Origin: Escherichia coli 042
GTDB lineage: Bacteria > Pseudomonadota > Gammaproteobacteria > Enterobacterales > Enterobacteriaceae
NCBI RefSeq assembly: GCF_000027125.1
Contig: NC_017626.1
DNA length: 64,000 nucleotides
Direction: 5' to 3' (one strand)
The stretch's first letter is position 1; each line of letters starts with the position of its first letter. Position numbers and translations under genes: made by a program. Shown one piece after another: positions 1 to 11,623 of this stretch. Below the pieces are notes generated by a model. It had not been told where the DNA came from, made no database searches, and saw only the letters and a program-made list of their open reading frames with translations.

Positions 1-339
1 GACACATGTCTGAAAGACATTTTTACGATGATACAAAGCAATAATACTTATATGTTCGATGATTTTAAGCACCGATACCATCCGGTCTTTTACCAAATAA
101 TGAAAAAGAATCCCTCCCTGGAAGATAATTGTAAAAAACAACAGAATAAGAATTAATCTTAGGATAAATATTTATTTACCATGGCCTTTTGAACGCTGAA
201 AAGTAGCGCTCTGCAAAGTAAATCCCGCTATAGTTATGCTATGCATTTGTCTTTAATGATATCTCGTCATTGTATTAACAGGCTGAAATTATCATTAATG
301 CACATTTCAATATTAGCAGGGATACCTGAGGAGTTTAAA

Positions 340-1392
340 GTGAACATATATATCGGGTGGCTTTTCAAATTAATCCCTTTAATTATGGGCTTAATTTGTA
401 TCGCGTTAGGTGGCTTTGTGCTGGAAAGTTCTGGGCAAAGTGAGTATTTCGTCGCGGGTCATGTGCTGATTTCTCTGGCAGCCATATGCCTGGCATTATT
501 CACTACCGCATTTATTATCATTTCGCAGCTCACGCGCGGCGTTAATACGTTTTACAATACATTGTTCCCCATTATTGGCTATGCGGGGTCAATTATCACC
601 ATGATATGGGGTTGGGCACTGTTAGCAGGCAATGATGTGATGGCAGACGAGTTTGTTGCCGGCCATGTTATTTTTGGCGTTGGTATGATTGCCGCCTGTG
701 TATCGACAGTGGCAGCGTCATCCGGTCACTTTCTGCTCATTCCCAAAAACGCAGCAGGGAGCAAGAGCGATGGAACACCGGTACAGGCTTATTCTTCATT
801 AATCGGTAATTGCCTCATTGCCGTTCCCGTTTTACTCACCCTGCTCGGTTTCATTTGGTCTATTACGCTGTTACGTAGTGCCGACATAACTCCGCATTAT
901 GTCGCCGGTCACGTATTGCTTGGGTTAACCGCAATCTGTGCCTGTCTAATTGGCCTTGTTGCCACAATTGTCCATCAAACACGTAATACGTTCTCATCCA
1001 AAGAACACTGGCTGTGGTGTTATTGGGTTATTATTCTCGGCTCAATCACGGTGCTGCAGGGCATATACGTGTTAGTCAGCTCCGATGCAAGCGCCCGACT
1101 GGCTCCCGGCATTATCCTCATTTGCCTCGGAATGATCTGTTACAGCATATTCTCAAAAGTCTGGCTACTGGCACTGGTCTGGAGACGTACCTGTTCGTTA
1201 GCCAACAGAATACCGATGATTCCCGTCTTCACCTGCCTGTTTTGCCTTTTCCTGGCATCGTTTCTTGCAGAAATGGCGCAGACCGACATAGGGTATTTTA
1301 TTCCTTCGCGGGTTCTGGTCGGTTTGGGAGCGGTATGCTTTACGTTGTTCTCAATCGTTTCAATATTAGAAGCAGGTTCTGCTAAAAAATAA
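340..1392 (+). CDS. yhiM: inner-membrane protein YhiM
   Basis: Frame of track ORF 241..1392. The sequence NIYIGWLFKLIPLIMG... is recognised as YhiM. GTG at 340 lies 6 nt after GAGGAG (328-333) and gives 350 aa. The profile is multi-TM. Confidence 0.9.
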   Translation: MNIYIGWLFKLIPLIMGLICIALGGFVLESSGQSEYFVAGHVLISLAAICLALFTTAFIIISQLTRGVNTFYNTLFPIIGYAGSIITMIWGWALLAGNDVMADEFVAGHVIFGVGMIAACVSTVAASSGHFLLIPKNAAGSKSDGTPVQAYSSLIGNCLIAVPVLLTLLGFIWSITLLRSADITPHYVAGHVLLGLTAICACLIGLVATIVHQTRNTFSSKEHWLWCYWVIILGSITVLQGIYVLVSSDASARLAPGIILICLGMICYSIFSKVWLLALVWRRTCSLANRIPMIPVFTCLFCLFLASFLAEMAQTDIGYFIPSRVLVGLGAVCFTLFSIVSILEAGSAKK

Positions 1393-1408
1393 TTGCAACG
1401 TACCGGAT

Positions 1409-1447
1409 AAAACCAGCGTTGACCATTTGCGTAACGCTGGTTTTTCT
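1409..1447 (+). terminator. rho-independent terminator after yhiM
   Basis: 12-bp stem aaaaccagcgtt / aacgctggtttt followed by a T-run. Confidence 0.8.
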
Positions 1448-1706
1448 CAGGTATCATGAAATAACGCAGAATTAATGCATAGTGGTTAAGTATAAAAAAA
1501 CAGCAAAGTTGCTGATTTTTTCAACCTGTTCATATTTTATAAAGATCTGGCCACTGGGGGAGTTTTAATCACCTTTCCTTCCACCTTATATTAAGCATGG
1601 AGGGTTTCAGTTCACAGGCTCATTAGAAAATAATCACAAGATAACCACTATCAAAATTAGCTCATTTTTAATGCGACTCTAATAATTTTCATCTTTAGGA
1701 AATAGC

Positions 1707-2909
1707 TCAGGACGACTTCGCTGCAATCAAATCCTGCGCACAAGCCCATGCACTCGACCACGCCCACTGGAAGTTATAGCCCCCCAGCCAGCCGGTGACG
1801 TCCATCACTTCGCCGATGAAGTACAGCCCAGGCACTTTGCGCGCTTCCATCGTCCGTGAAGAGAGTTCGTTGGTGTCCACGCCGCCGAGCGTCACTTCGG
1901 CAGTGCGATAGCCTTCAGTGCCGTTGGGTTGTACGCGCCAGTCGGTCAATGTGCTAATCAGTGCCTGTTGGTCACGCACGTTGAGCTGTTTTAGCGAGAC
2001 ATCCGGGATTTGCCCGAGTTGTTGTAAACGTTCAACCAACCGCTTCGGTAGATGAACCGCCAGAGTGTTTTTCAGGCTCTGATTCGGATGTGCATTACGC
2101 TGCTCATTCAGGAAGGTTTCGAGGTCCACATCCGGTAGCAGATTGATACTGACAAATTCACCCGGTTGCCAGTAGCTGGAAATTTGCAACACCGCCGGTC
2201 CAGATAAGCCGCGGTGGGTGAAGAGTAAGTTCTCACGGAAAACGGTGCCGTTTTCAGCGGTAATCACGGAAGGCACCGCCACGCCCGCCAGCACCTGTAA
2301 CTCTTCGAGCAACGGTTTATGCAGAGTGAATGGCACCAGGCCCGCGCGGGTCGGCAGCACGTTGAGGCCAAATTGTTCGGCAATCTTATAACCAAACGGC
2401 GACGCGCCCAGCCCCGGCATTGACAGTCCACCGGTCGCGATGACCAGCTTTTCGCAACCGACAGTCATGCCGTTCAGTTCAAGCGTGAAGCCTGTTTCAT
2501 CCTTCGCCACACTCAGCACTTCGCTACGCAATCTGAAGGCCACATTGCCCTTCTCGCACTCATCCACCAGCATGTCGACAATCTGCTGCGCGGAGTCATC
2601 GCAGAAGAGTTGCCCTAACGTTTTCTCGTGCCAGGCGATGCCGTGTTTATTGACCAGATCAATGAAATCCCACTGGGTAAAACGCGCGAGTGCAGACTTA
2701 CAAAAATGCGGATTCTGGCTCAGATAAGCGCCCGGTTCGACATAAAGGTTGGTAAAGTTGCAGCGCCCACCGCCAGACATGAGGATTTTGCGCCCTGGTT
2801 TTTTACCATTATCGATCAGCAGAACCCGGCATCCTGCCTGACCTGCCAGCGCAGAACAGAACATACCTGCCGCACCAGCGCCTATAATAATGGCATCAAA
2901 CCTTTCCAC
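1707..2909 (-). CDS. yhiN: FAD-dependent oxidoreductase YhiN (HI0933-like flavoprotein)
   Basis: 400-aa ORF with an N-terminal GAGAAG dinucleotide-binding motif (IIIGAGAAGMF). Recognised as YhiN. Confidence 0.92.
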   Translation of the reverse strand: MERFDAIIIGAGAAGMFCSALAGQAGCRVLLIDNGKKPGRKILMSGGGRCNFTNLYVEPGAYLSQNPHFCKSALARFTQWDFIDLVNKHGIAWHEKTLGQLFCDDSAQQIVDMLVDECEKGNVAFRLRSEVLSVAKDETGFTLELNGMTVGCEKLVIATGGLSMPGLGASPFGYKIAEQFGLNVLPTRAGLVPFTLHKPLLEELQVLAGVAVPSVITAENGTVFRENLLFTHRGLSGPAVLQISSYWQPGEFVSINLLPDVDLETFLNEQRNAHPNQSLKNTLAVHLPKRLVERLQQLGQIPDVSLKQLNVRDQQALISTLTDWRVQPNGTEGYRTAEVTLGGVDTNELSSRTMEARKVPGLYFIGEVMDVTGWLGGYNFQWAWSSAWACAQDLIAAKSS

Positions 2910-3140
2910 GTTGCGCTCCTCTAAGAAAAAACGGGCGTGAATTGTAAAGATTCCTCAGTGGTCGCACCAGCATCAATATTACTAAAAGGAAGTATTTACC
3001 TGAATTATATAAGATAATTATTTTTTGAGTGAAATCCATACAGGAGGCAAATCAAAAAAAGTCTATATTTCACTTTGCCCGCGCCGCGAAAGTCACTGAT
3101 AATGCGCCGCGTTCATGTCCTCAAAATGGCGTAACGTCCT

Positions 3141-4640
3141 ATGCTACATTTGTTTGCTGGCCTGGATTTGCATACCGGGCTGTTATTATTGCTTGCACTG
3201 GCTTTTGTGCTGTTCTACGAAGCCATCAATGGTTTCCATGACACAGCCAACGCCGTGGCAACCGTTATCTATACCCGCGCGATGCGTTCTCAGCTCGCCG
3301 TGGTTATGGCGGCGGTGTTCAACTTTTTGGGTGTTTTGCTGGGTGGTCTGAGTGTTGCCTATGCCATTGTGCATATGCTGCCGACGGATCTGCTGCTTAA
3401 TATGGGATCGTCTCATGGCCTTGCCATGGTGTTCTCTATGTTGCTGGCGGCGATTATCTGGAACCTGGGTACCTGGTACTTTGGTTTACCTGCATCCAGC
3501 TCTCATACGCTGATTGGCGCGATCATCGGGATTGGTTTAACCAATGCGTTGATGACCGGGACGTCAGTGGTGGATGCACTCAATATCCCGAAAGTATTAA
3601 GTATTTTCGGTTCTCTGATCGTTTCCCCTATTGTCGGCCTGGTGTTTGCTGGCGGTCTGATTTTCTTGCTGCGTCGCTACTGGAGCGGCACCAAGAAACG
3701 CGCCCGTATCCACCTGACCCCAGCGGAGCGTGAAAAGAAAGACGGCAAGAAAAAGCCGCCGTTCTGGACGCGTATTGCGCTGATCCTTTCCGCTATCGGC
3801 GTGGCGTTTTCGCACGGCGCGAACGATGGTCAGAAAGGCATTGGTCTGGTTATGTTGGTATTGATTGGTGTCGCACCAGCAGGCTTCGTGGTGAACATGA
3901 ATGCCACTGGCTACGAAATCACCCGTACCCGTGATGCCATCAACAACGTGGAAGCTTACTTTGAGCAGCACCCTGCGCTGCTGAAACAGGCTACCGGTGC
4001 TGATCAGTTAGTACCGGCTCCGGAAGCTGGCGCAACGCAACCTGCGGAGTTCCATTGCCATCCGTCGAATACCATTAACGCGCTCAACCGCCTGAAAGGC
4101 ATGTTGACTACCGATGTGGAAAGCTACGACAAGCTGTCGCTTGATCAACGTAGCCAGATGCGCCGCATTATGCTGTGCGTTTCTGACACTATCGACAAAG
4201 TGGTGAAGATGCCTGGTGTGAGTGCTGACGATCAGCGCCTGTTGAAGAAACTGAAGTCCGACATGCTTAGCACCATCGAGTATGCACCGGTGTGGATCAT
4301 CATGGCGGTCGCGCTGGCGTTAGGTATCGGTACGATGATTGGCTGGCGTCGTGTGGCAACGACTATCGGTGAGAAAATCGGTAAGAAAGGCATGACCTAC
4401 GCTCAGGGGATGTCTGCCCAGATGACGGCGGCAGTGTCCATCGGCCTGGCGAGTTATACCGGGATGCCGGTTTCCACCACTCACGTACTCTCCTCTTCTG
4501 TCGCGGGGACGATGGTGGTAGATGGCGGCGGCTTACAGCGTAAAACCGTGACCAGTATTCTGATGGCCTGGGTGTTTACCCTTCCGGCTGCGGTACTGCT
4601 TTCCGGCGGGCTGTACTGGCTCTCCTTGCAGTTCCTGTAA
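3141..4640 (+). CDS. pitA: low-affinity inorganic phosphate transporter PitA
   Basis: 499-aa polytopic ORF. The sequence [39 protein letters not shown] is recognised as PitA. Confidence 0.96.
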
Positions 4641-4658
4641 TCGCACGCACCAAAACGA

Positions 4659-4687
4659 GCGGGTCAGTTTACTGGCCCGCTTTTTTT
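4659..4687. terminator. terminator hairpin between convergent pitA and uspB
   Basis: Stem gcgggtcag / ctggcccgc followed by T7 on the + strand. Confidence 0.8.
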
Positions 4688-4710
4688 ATGCGTTATTTTT
4701 GCTGAAGTGC

Positions 4711-5046
4711 TTAATGCCAAATCATCAATGCAATCAGACTGACCACCACCAGACCACACAATGCGCTGGTCAGAATAAACTGCCGACGCACCCGCTCACA
4801 GCGGCGAATAAACTCATCATCGTGATGATCGCGATAACGTTGGGCATAGATATACCAAACGAGACGCACCTGTTTGTTGGGTTGGCCATGTGAGGTAAAA
4901 AAGCCCCCTCCATCAACATATTGATAGAGCAATGGATCGCAGTTACGCAGTACCACTAACAACGCGCGTAGTGATGAGAAATAGCGCGCCATGTTAACAA
5001 TGCAAACGACACATAAAGCCCAAAATAATGCGACGGTGCTTATCAT
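4711..5046 (-). CDS. uspB: universal stress protein B
   Basis: 111-aa two-TM ORF ([23 protein letters not shown]...), divergent from uspA. Confidence 0.95.
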
Positions 5047-5436
5047 ACCTCCTCCCCGGCGACCTGCCCGCGGAGTTCCACCCCGGGGCTACCGCTCCCG
5101 ATACGCTGCCAATCAGTTAACACCAGGTCCTGGAGAAACCGCTTTTGTGGTGACCAACATCCGAGCGGCTCTATAGATAGTGTAGGAGATCAGGTTGTTT
5201 TTTTTCCAGAAGGTTAACCACTATCAATATATTCATGTCGAAAATTTGTTTATCTAACGGGTAAGCAAGGCGGATTGACGGATCATCCGGGTCGCTATAA
5301 GGTAAGGATGGTCTTAACACTGAATCTTTACGGCTGGGTTAGCCCCGCGCACGTAGTTCGCAGGACGCGGGTGACGTAACGGCACAAGAAACGCTAGCTG
5401 GCCAGTCATCGACAACTTTATGGAAGGAGTAACACT

Positions 5437-5871
5437 ATGGCTTATAAACACATTCTCATCGCGGTCGATCTCTCCCCGGAAAGCAAAGTTCTGGTAGAGA
5501 AAGCAGTCTCTATGGCTCGCCCCTACAATGCGAAAGTTTCTCTGATCCACGTAGATGTAAACTACTCTGACCTATACACCGGGCTTATTGATGTGAATCT
5601 GGGTGATATGCAGAAACGCATCTCTGAAGAGACACATCATGCGCTGACCGAGCTTTCCACTAATGCAGGCTACCCAATCACTGAAACCCTGAGCGGCAGC
5701 GGCGACCTGGGCCAGGTTCTGGTCGATGCAATCAAGAAATACGATATGGATTTGGTGGTTTGTGGTCACCACCAGGACTTCTGGAGCAAACTGATGTCTT
5801 CCGCACGTCAGCTGATCAACACCGTTCACGTTGATATGCTGATTGTTCCGCTGCGCGACGAAGAAGAATAA
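5437..5871 (+). CDS. uspA: universal stress protein A
   Basis: 144-aa [27 protein letters not shown]..., preceded by GGAGTAACACT. Confidence 0.97.
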
Positions 5872-5896
5872 TCTTCCCTCTACGACGTGTTCCTGA

Positions 5897-5926
5897 ACGC
5901 CCGCATATGCGGGCGTATTGCTTTTT
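5897..5926 (+). terminator. uspA terminator
   Basis: Stem acgcccgc-atat-gcgggcgt followed by attgcttttt. Confidence 0.8.
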
Positions 5927-6186
5927 GGCGCGCCTTGTTAACTTGCAGCGTAAACACCTTATCTGGCCTACGGTCTGCGTACGCAATCAAAATCCCCTGC
6001 CAATACAACATTTAACACCATCATATTTTCCATCATTAGTGTGATCAGCTGGTTATTTTCTGTTGTAATAGTGTATTAATCTATTCACCGCATCAATATT
6101 AAGAATCTCTGACAGATGTAAACTTTTTCGCGCGTTATCCCTTACGCGTTCATACTTTTCAGGATGGTATTGGAAGGTTAATAAAT

Positions 6187-7656
6187 ATGAATACAACAAC
6201 ACCCATGGGGATGCTGCAGCAACCTCGCCCATTTTTCATGATCTTTTTTGTCGAGTTATGGGAGCGATTCGGCTACTACGGCGTGCAGGGCGTACTGGCG
6301 GTTTTCTTCGTTAAGCAGCTTGGATTCTCGCAAGAACAGGCTTTTGTCACTTTTGGTGCTTTTGCTGCGCTGGTCTATGGCCTCATTTCCATTGGCGGCT
6401 ATGTCGGCGACCACCTGCTGGGGACCAAACGCACCATTGTTCTCGGAGCACTTGTGCTGGCGATTGGCTACTTCATGACCGGCATGTCGCTACTTAAGCC
6501 TGACCTGATTTTCATCGCCCTGGGGACTATCGCTGTCGGTAACGGCCTGTTTAAAGCTAACCCAGCCAGCTTGCTTTCGAAGTGCTATCCACCGAAAGAT
6601 CCGCGGCTTGATGGCGCATTCACCCTGTTCTATATGTCGATCAACATCGGCTCGTTGATAGCGTTATCGCTGGCCCCTGTGATCGCTGATAGATTCGGCT
6701 ATTCAGTCACCTACAACCTGTGCGGTGCGGGATTAATTATCGCGCTATTGGTTTACATCGCCTGTCGCGGAATGGTGAAAGACATTGGTTCTGACCCCGA
6801 CTTCCGGCCGATGAGCTTCAGCAAACTGTTGTACGTGTTACTTGGCAGCGTGGTGATGATCTTCGTCTGTGCATGGCTGATGCACAACGTAGAAGTCGCC
6901 AATCTGGTGCTGATTGTTCTCTCCATCGTCGTCACCATCATTTTCTTTCGTCAGGCATTCAAGCTGGATAAAACCGGGCGCAATAAAATGTTTGTCGCCT
7001 TTGTCCTGATGCTCGAAGCGGTGGTGTTTTACATTCTCTACGCCCAGATGCCAACGTCACTGAACTTCTTTGCCATCAACAACGTGCATCATGAAATTCT
7101 CGGCTTTTCCATCAACCCGGTCAGCTTCCAGGCGCTTAACCCTTTCTGGGTGGTACTCGCCAGTCCAATACTGGCAGGCATTTACACGCATCTGGGTAAC
7201 AAAGGCAAAGACCTCTCGATGCCGATGAAATTTACTCTCGGCATGTTTATGTGCTCGCTGGGCTTTCTTACAGCCGCCGCTGCGGGAATGTGGTTTGCTG
7301 ATGCACAAGGACTGACATCGCCGTGGTTTATTGTGCTGGTTTACTTATTCCAGAGCCTGGGTGAACTGTTTATTAGCGCCCTTGGCCTGGCGATGATTGC
7401 TGCCCTGGTGCCGCAGCATTTGATGGGCTTTATTCTCGGGATGTGGTTCCTGACGCAGGCTGCCGCGTTCTTGCTGGGCGGCTATGTGGCAACATTTACC
7501 GCAGTACCAGACAACATTACCGATCCGCTTGAGACGTTGCCCGTCTATACCAACGTGTTTGGTAAGATTGGCCTGGTTACGCTGGGCGTTGCGGTGGTGA
7601 TGCTGCTGATGGTGCCGTGGCTGAAACGAATGATTGCGACGCCCGAAAGCCATTAA
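6187..7656 (+). CDS. dtpB: di/tripeptide:H+ symporter DtpB (POT family)
   Basis: 489-aa ORF with the POT signature [17 protein letters not shown]. Confidence 0.95.
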   Translation: MNTTTPMGMLQQPRPFFMIFFVELWERFGYYGVQGVLAVFFVKQLGFSQEQAFVTFGAFAALVYGLISIGGYVGDHLLGTKRTIVLGALVLAIGYFMTGMSLLKPDLIFIALGTIAVGNGLFKANPASLLSKCYPPKDPRLDGAFTLFYMSINIGSLIALSLAPVIADRFGYSVTYNLCGAGLIIALLVYIACRGMVKDIGSDPDFRPMSFSKLLYVLLGSVVMIFVCAWLMHNVEVANLVLIVLSIVVTIIFFRQAFKLDKTGRNKMFVAFVLMLEAVVFYILYAQMPTSLNFFAINNVHHEILGFSINPVSFQALNPFWVVLASPILAGIYTHLGNKGKDLSMPMKFTLGMFMCSLGFLTAAAAGMWFADAQGLTSPWFIVLVYLFQSLGELFISALGLAMIAALVPQHLMGFILGMWFLTQAAAFLLGGYVATFTAVPDNITDPLETLPVYTNVFGKIGLVTLGVAVVMLLMVPWLKRMIATPESH

Positions 7657-7668
7657 TTATTCTTGCAG

Positions 7669-7704
7669 AAAGCAGGGTAGCGATAACGCTACCCTGCTTT
7701 ACTT
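7669..7704. terminator. bidirectional terminator between dtpB and rsmJ
   Basis: Perfect 14-bp stem aaagcagggtagcg-ataa-cgctaccctgcttt. It abuts the rsmJ stop at 7705. Confidence 0.8.
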
Positions 7705-8457
7705 TTACACCGGCGTTCCGGCATAAATATCAAAGCGATGCCCTTTGGTCACTACCGCGTTTGGCGTGGCGACATTCGCCAGCGGCGGCGCGTAGTCCGG
7801 GCGCTTTACCACCACGCGTTTGGTCGCCAGCAAGCGTGCAGGCTCCAGCAATCCATCAGCGTCGAGATCCGGCCCCACCAGCGACTGGAACACGCGCATC
7901 TCTTTTTTCACCAGCGCGCTTTTCTGCTTATGCGGGAACATCGGGTCGAGATAGACCACCTGCGGGCGTGGGGTAATATCGGTCAGCGCCGTCAGGCTGG
8001 AGGCGTGAATTAACTGCAACCGCTCCTGCAACCAGCCGCCGATTTCCGCATCCGCATAACCACGCGCCAGGCCGTCGTCGAGCAATGCAGCAACCACCGG
8101 ATTACGCTCCAGCATCCGCACGCGGCAGCCGACTGAAGCCAGCACAAAGGCATCGCGCCCCAGCCCTGCGGTGGCGTCCACCACGTCCGGGAGATAATCG
8201 CCTTTAATGCCCACCGCTTTTGCCACCGCCTCACCGCGACCACCGCCGAATTTGCGACGGTGCGCCATCGCTCCGCCAACAAAATCAACAAAGATGCCAC
8301 CAAGCTTCGGCTCATCACGCTTGCGCAGTTCCAGATGCTCCGGTGTTAACACCAGCGCCATCAGGTTGTCTTCATCATGTTCCAGCCCCCAGCGAGCCGC
8401 CAGAACAGATAAGGCACCGTCTCCGGTGCCTGTTTCATCAATTAAGCAGATTTTCAC
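7705..8457 (-). CDS. rsmJ: 16S rRNA m2G1516 methyltransferase RsmJ
   Basis: The track ORF is over-extended. GTG at 8457 gives (M)[27 protein letters not shown]..., 250 aa, starting 8 nt after the prlC stop (operon). Confidence 0.9.
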   Translation of the reverse strand: MKICLIDETGTGDGALSVLAARWGLEHDEDNLMALVLTPEHLELRKRDEPKLGGIFVDFVGGAMAHRRKFGGGRGEAVAKAVGIKGDYLPDVVDATAGLGRDAFVLASVGCRVRMLERNPVVAALLDDGLARGYADAEIGGWLQERLQLIHASSLTALTDITPRPQVVYLDPMFPHKQKSALVKKEMRVFQSLVGPDLDADGLLEPARLLATKRVVVKRPDYAPPLANVATPNAVVTKGHRFDIYAGTPV

Positions 8458-8464
8458 TGAATGA

Positions 8465-10507
8465 TCAGCCCTTAATGCCGTAATGCTCCAGCATCGCATC
8501 CAGTTGCGGTTCACGACCACGGAAGCGTTTGAACAGATCCATCGGCTCTTCTGAACCGCCACGGCTCAGAATGTTGTCGAGGAACGACTGTCCGGTTTCA
8601 CGATTGAAAATGCCCTCTTCCTCAAAACGCGAGAAGGCATCTGCCGCCAGCACGTCGGCCCACAGGTAACTGTAGTAACCTGCGGCATAACCACCGGCGA
8701 AAATATGGCTGAAAGCGTGCGGGAAACGGCCCCATGACGGAGAAGGTACCACGGCAACCAGTTTCTTGATTTCTGCCAGAGTTTCGAGGATTTTCGCTCC
8801 CTGATCCGGGCGGAACTCGGCATGGAGGCGGAAATCGAACAGGCCGAACTCCAGCTGGCGCAGAATAAACAGTGCCGCCTGGTAGTTTTTCGCTGCCAGC
8901 ATTTTATCCAGCAGCTCCTTCGGCAGCGGTTCGCCGGTTTCATAGTGACCGGAGATAAACGCCAGCGCCTCAGGCTCCCAGCACCAGTTTTCCATAAACT
9001 GACTCGGCAGTTCGACCGCATCCCACGGCACCCCGCTGATCCCGGAAACACCAGCGGTTTCAATGCGGGTCAGCATATGGTGCAGACCATGACCGAACTC
9101 GTGGAACAGGGTGATCACTTCGTCGTGAGTAAACAGTGCCGGTTTACCATTTACCGGGCGGTTGAAGTTACAGGTCAGATACGCGACCGGTTTTTGCAGC
9201 GAACCGTCGGCTTTACGCATCTGGCCTACGCAGTCATCCATCCACGCCCCGCCGCGCTTGTTTTCACGGGCATACAGGTCGAGGTAGAAGCTGCCGCGCA
9301 GTTCGTTGTTCTCGTCATACAGTTCGAAGAAACGTACATCCGGATGCCAGACATCAACATCTTTACGCTCTTTAGCGGTGATGCCGTAAATACGTTTCAC
9401 CACTTCAAACAAGCCGTTAACCGCTTTGTTTTCCGGGAAGTACGGACGCAGTTGTTCGTCACTGATGCTGTAGAGGTGCTGTTTTTGTTTTTCACTGTAG
9501 TACGCGATATCCCACGGCTGCAACTCATCCACGCCAAATTCGGCTTTAGCGAAGGCACGCAGTTGCGCCAGCTCTTTTTCACCTTGCGGACGCGCGCGTT
9601 TTGCCAGATCGGTTAAGAAATCAAGCACCTGCTGCGGATTTTCTGCCATTTTAGTGGCAAGGGATTTAAAGGCGTAGTTTTCAAAACCCAGCAGTTGCGC
9701 CAGTTCGTGACGCAGCGCGAGGATCTCTTCCATCACCTTGCTGTTGTCCCACTTACCGGCGTTCGGACCTTGATCGGAGGCGCGGGTGCTGTAAGCACGA
9801 TACATCTCTTCGCGCAGAGCCTGGTTGTCGCAGTAGGTCATTACCGGCAGGTAGCTTGGGATATCCAGCGTCAGCAGGTAGCCTTCAAGTTCTTTCGCTT
9901 CAGCCTGGGCTTTTGCCGCAGCCAGCGCGCTTTCTGGCATCCCCGCCAGCTCCGCTTCGTCGGTAACGAGTTTGGTCCAGCCCATTGTCGCATCGAGGAC
10001 GTTGTTGCTGTACTGGTTGCCCAGCTCGGAAAGACGAGTGGCAATCTCACCGTAACGCTGCTGTTTCTCTTTTGGCAGACCGATGCCAGAGAGTTCGAAG
10101 TCGCGCAGTGCGTTATCAACCGCTTTCTTCTGCGCCGTGTTCAGCGTGGCGTAATGATCGCCATCGCGCAGGTCGCGATATGCTTTATACAGCCCTTCAT
10201 GTTGTCCTACCCAGGTGCTGTATTCTGACAGCAGCGGCAGGGTTTGTTCGTACGCTTCACGCAGTTCCGGACTATTTTTCACCGAGTTCAGATGGCTGAC
10301 CGGGGAGAAGATACGCCCCAGCACATCGTCCACTTCCGCCAGCGGCTGGCAGAGATTTTCCCAGGTGTACGGTGCCCCCTGCGCTACTACGCGCTCCACA
10401 TTTTCGCGGCAGTCGTTCAGCGCCTTAGTCACGGCTGGAACGACATGTTCCGGGAGAATTTTAGAAAACGGAGGCAATTCAAAGGGAGTCAGTAACGGAT
10501 TCGTCAT
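8465..10507 (-). CDS. prlC: oligopeptidase A (M3 family Zn metallopeptidase)
   Basis: Sequence [17 protein letters not shown]... with the HEFGH zinc motif ([11 protein letters not shown]). Starting at the internal Met gives 680 aa. Confidence 0.95.
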   Translation of the reverse strand: MTNPLLTPFELPPFSKILPEHVVPAVTKALNDCRENVERVVAQGAPYTWENLCQPLAEVDDVLGRIFSPVSHLNSVKNSPELREAYEQTLPLLSEYSTWVGQHEGLYKAYRDLRDGDHYATLNTAQKKAVDNALRDFELSGIGLPKEKQQRYGEIATRLSELGNQYSNNVLDATMGWTKLVTDEAELAGMPESALAAAKAQAEAKELEGYLLTLDIPSYLPVMTYCDNQALREEMYRAYSTRASDQGPNAGKWDNSKVMEEILALRHELAQLLGFENYAFKSLATKMAENPQQVLDFLTDLAKRARPQGEKELAQLRAFAKAEFGVDELQPWDIAYYSEKQKQHLYSISDEQLRPYFPENKAVNGLFEVVKRIYGITAKERKDVDVWHPDVRFFELYDENNELRGSFYLDLYARENKRGGAWMDDCVGQMRKADGSLQKPVAYLTCNFNRPVNGKPALFTHDEVITLFHEFGHGLHHMLTRIETAGVSGISGVPWDAVELPSQFMENWCWEPEALAFISGHYETGEPLPKELLDKMLAAKNYQAALFILRQLEFGLFDFRLHAEFRPDQGAKILETLAEIKKLVAVVPSPSWGRFPHAFSHIFAGGYAAGYYSYLWADVLAADAFSRFEEEGIFNRETGQSFLDNILSRGGSEEPMDLFKRFRGREPQLDAMLEHYGIKG

Positions 10508-10709
10508 TAGCGCAGTCCTGGTTAAAGAGGTTAAGGAAGCGCTCAACAGGCGCTTTACATAATGTTTGTAGCATGGGGTTAAGTGTAGTGAATTTCAATG
10601 AGAAACGTTACGCTTTCGCGGCGGCGGCCTCTTTTCGGTATACTGTCCTGATAGGCTTTTGTGCGCCCCGAATACGGGCCGATTTTTACTTACCGGAACA
10701 CCTTTACCC

Positions 10710-11552
10710 ATGCTCAGTTATCGCCACAGCTTTCACGCTGGCAACCACGCCGACGTCCTTAAACATACCGTTCAGAGCCTGATCATCGAGTCGCTGAAAG
10801 AGAAAGATAAACCGTTTCTCTATCTCGATACCCACGCAGGGGCCGGGCGTTATCAGTTAGGCAGCGAACATGCCGAGCGTACCGGCGAATATCTCGAAGG
10901 CATCGCCCGTATCTGGCAGCAAGACGATTTGCCTGCAGAGCTGGAGGCGTACATCAATGTGGTAAAACACTTTAACCGTAGCGGTCAGTTGCGTTACTAC
11001 CCCGGTTCACCGTTGATTGCCCGTCAGTTACTGCGTGAACAGGACAGCCTGCAACTAACCGAACTGCACCCGAGCGATTACCCGTTGCTACGTTCTGAAT
11101 TTCAGAAAGACAGCCGTGCGCGCGTGGAAAAAGCCGACGGTTTCCAGCAGCTTAAGGCCAAGCTGCCGCCGGTTTCCCGCCGTGGTTTAATCCTTATCGA
11201 CCCGCCGTATGAAATGAAAACCGACTATCAGGCGGTGGTCAGCGGGATAGCAGAAGGTTACAAACGTTTCGCCACTGGCACTTACGCACTGTGGTATCCG
11301 GTGGTGCTGCGCCAGCAAATTAAGCGCATGATCCACGACCTGGAAGCGACCGGCATTCGCAAAATTCTGCAAATTGAACTGGCGGTACTGCCAGACAGCG
11401 ATCGCCGTGGCATGACCGCTTCCGGCATGATTGTGATTAATCCGCCGTGGAAGCTGGAACAGCAGATGAATAACGTGCTGCCGTGGCTGCACAGCAAACT
11501 GGTTCCGGCTGGTACCGGGCACGCCACCGTAAGCTGGATCGTGCCGGAGTAA
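10710..11552 (+). CDS. rlmJ: 23S rRNA m6A2030 methyltransferase RlmJ
   Basis: MLSYRHSFHAGNHADVLKH... is recognised as RlmJ. The internal ATG gives 280 aa, and a DPPY motif (LIDPPYE) is present. Confidence 0.92.
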   Translation: MLSYRHSFHAGNHADVLKHTVQSLIIESLKEKDKPFLYLDTHAGAGRYQLGSEHAERTGEYLEGIARIWQQDDLPAELEAYINVVKHFNRSGQLRYYPGSPLIARQLLREQDSLQLTELHPSDYPLLRSEFQKDSRARVEKADGFQQLKAKLPPVSRRGLILIDPPYEMKTDYQAVVSGIAEGYKRFATGTYALWYPVVLRQQIKRMIHDLEATGIRKILQIELAVLPDSDRRGMTASGMIVINPPWKLEQQMNNVLPWLHSKLVPAGTGHATVSWIVPE

Positions 11553-11623
11553 TTGCAGCCATTGCTGGCACCTATTACGTCTCGCGCTACAATCGCGGTA
11601 ATCAACGATAAGGACACTCTGTC

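Noticed and set aside
1-81. Minus-strand frame starting at the ATG at 81 (MVSVLKIIEHISIIALYHRKNVFQTCV...) and running off the window; possibly the 5' end of yhiL
   Set aside because: Only 27 codons are visible, and I cannot verify identity from memory. The evidence is too weak to call a feature.
98-154. 18-codon + strand mini-ORF (MKKNPSLEDNCKKQQNKN)
   Set aside because: It has no SD or conservation evidence and is likely chance in AT-rich DNA.
8822-9616. 264-aa ORF antisense to prlC, plus other antisense ORFs at 8566-9063, 9695-10228 and 10215-10562
   Set aside because: These are shadow frames of a confidently identified gene with no independent signals.
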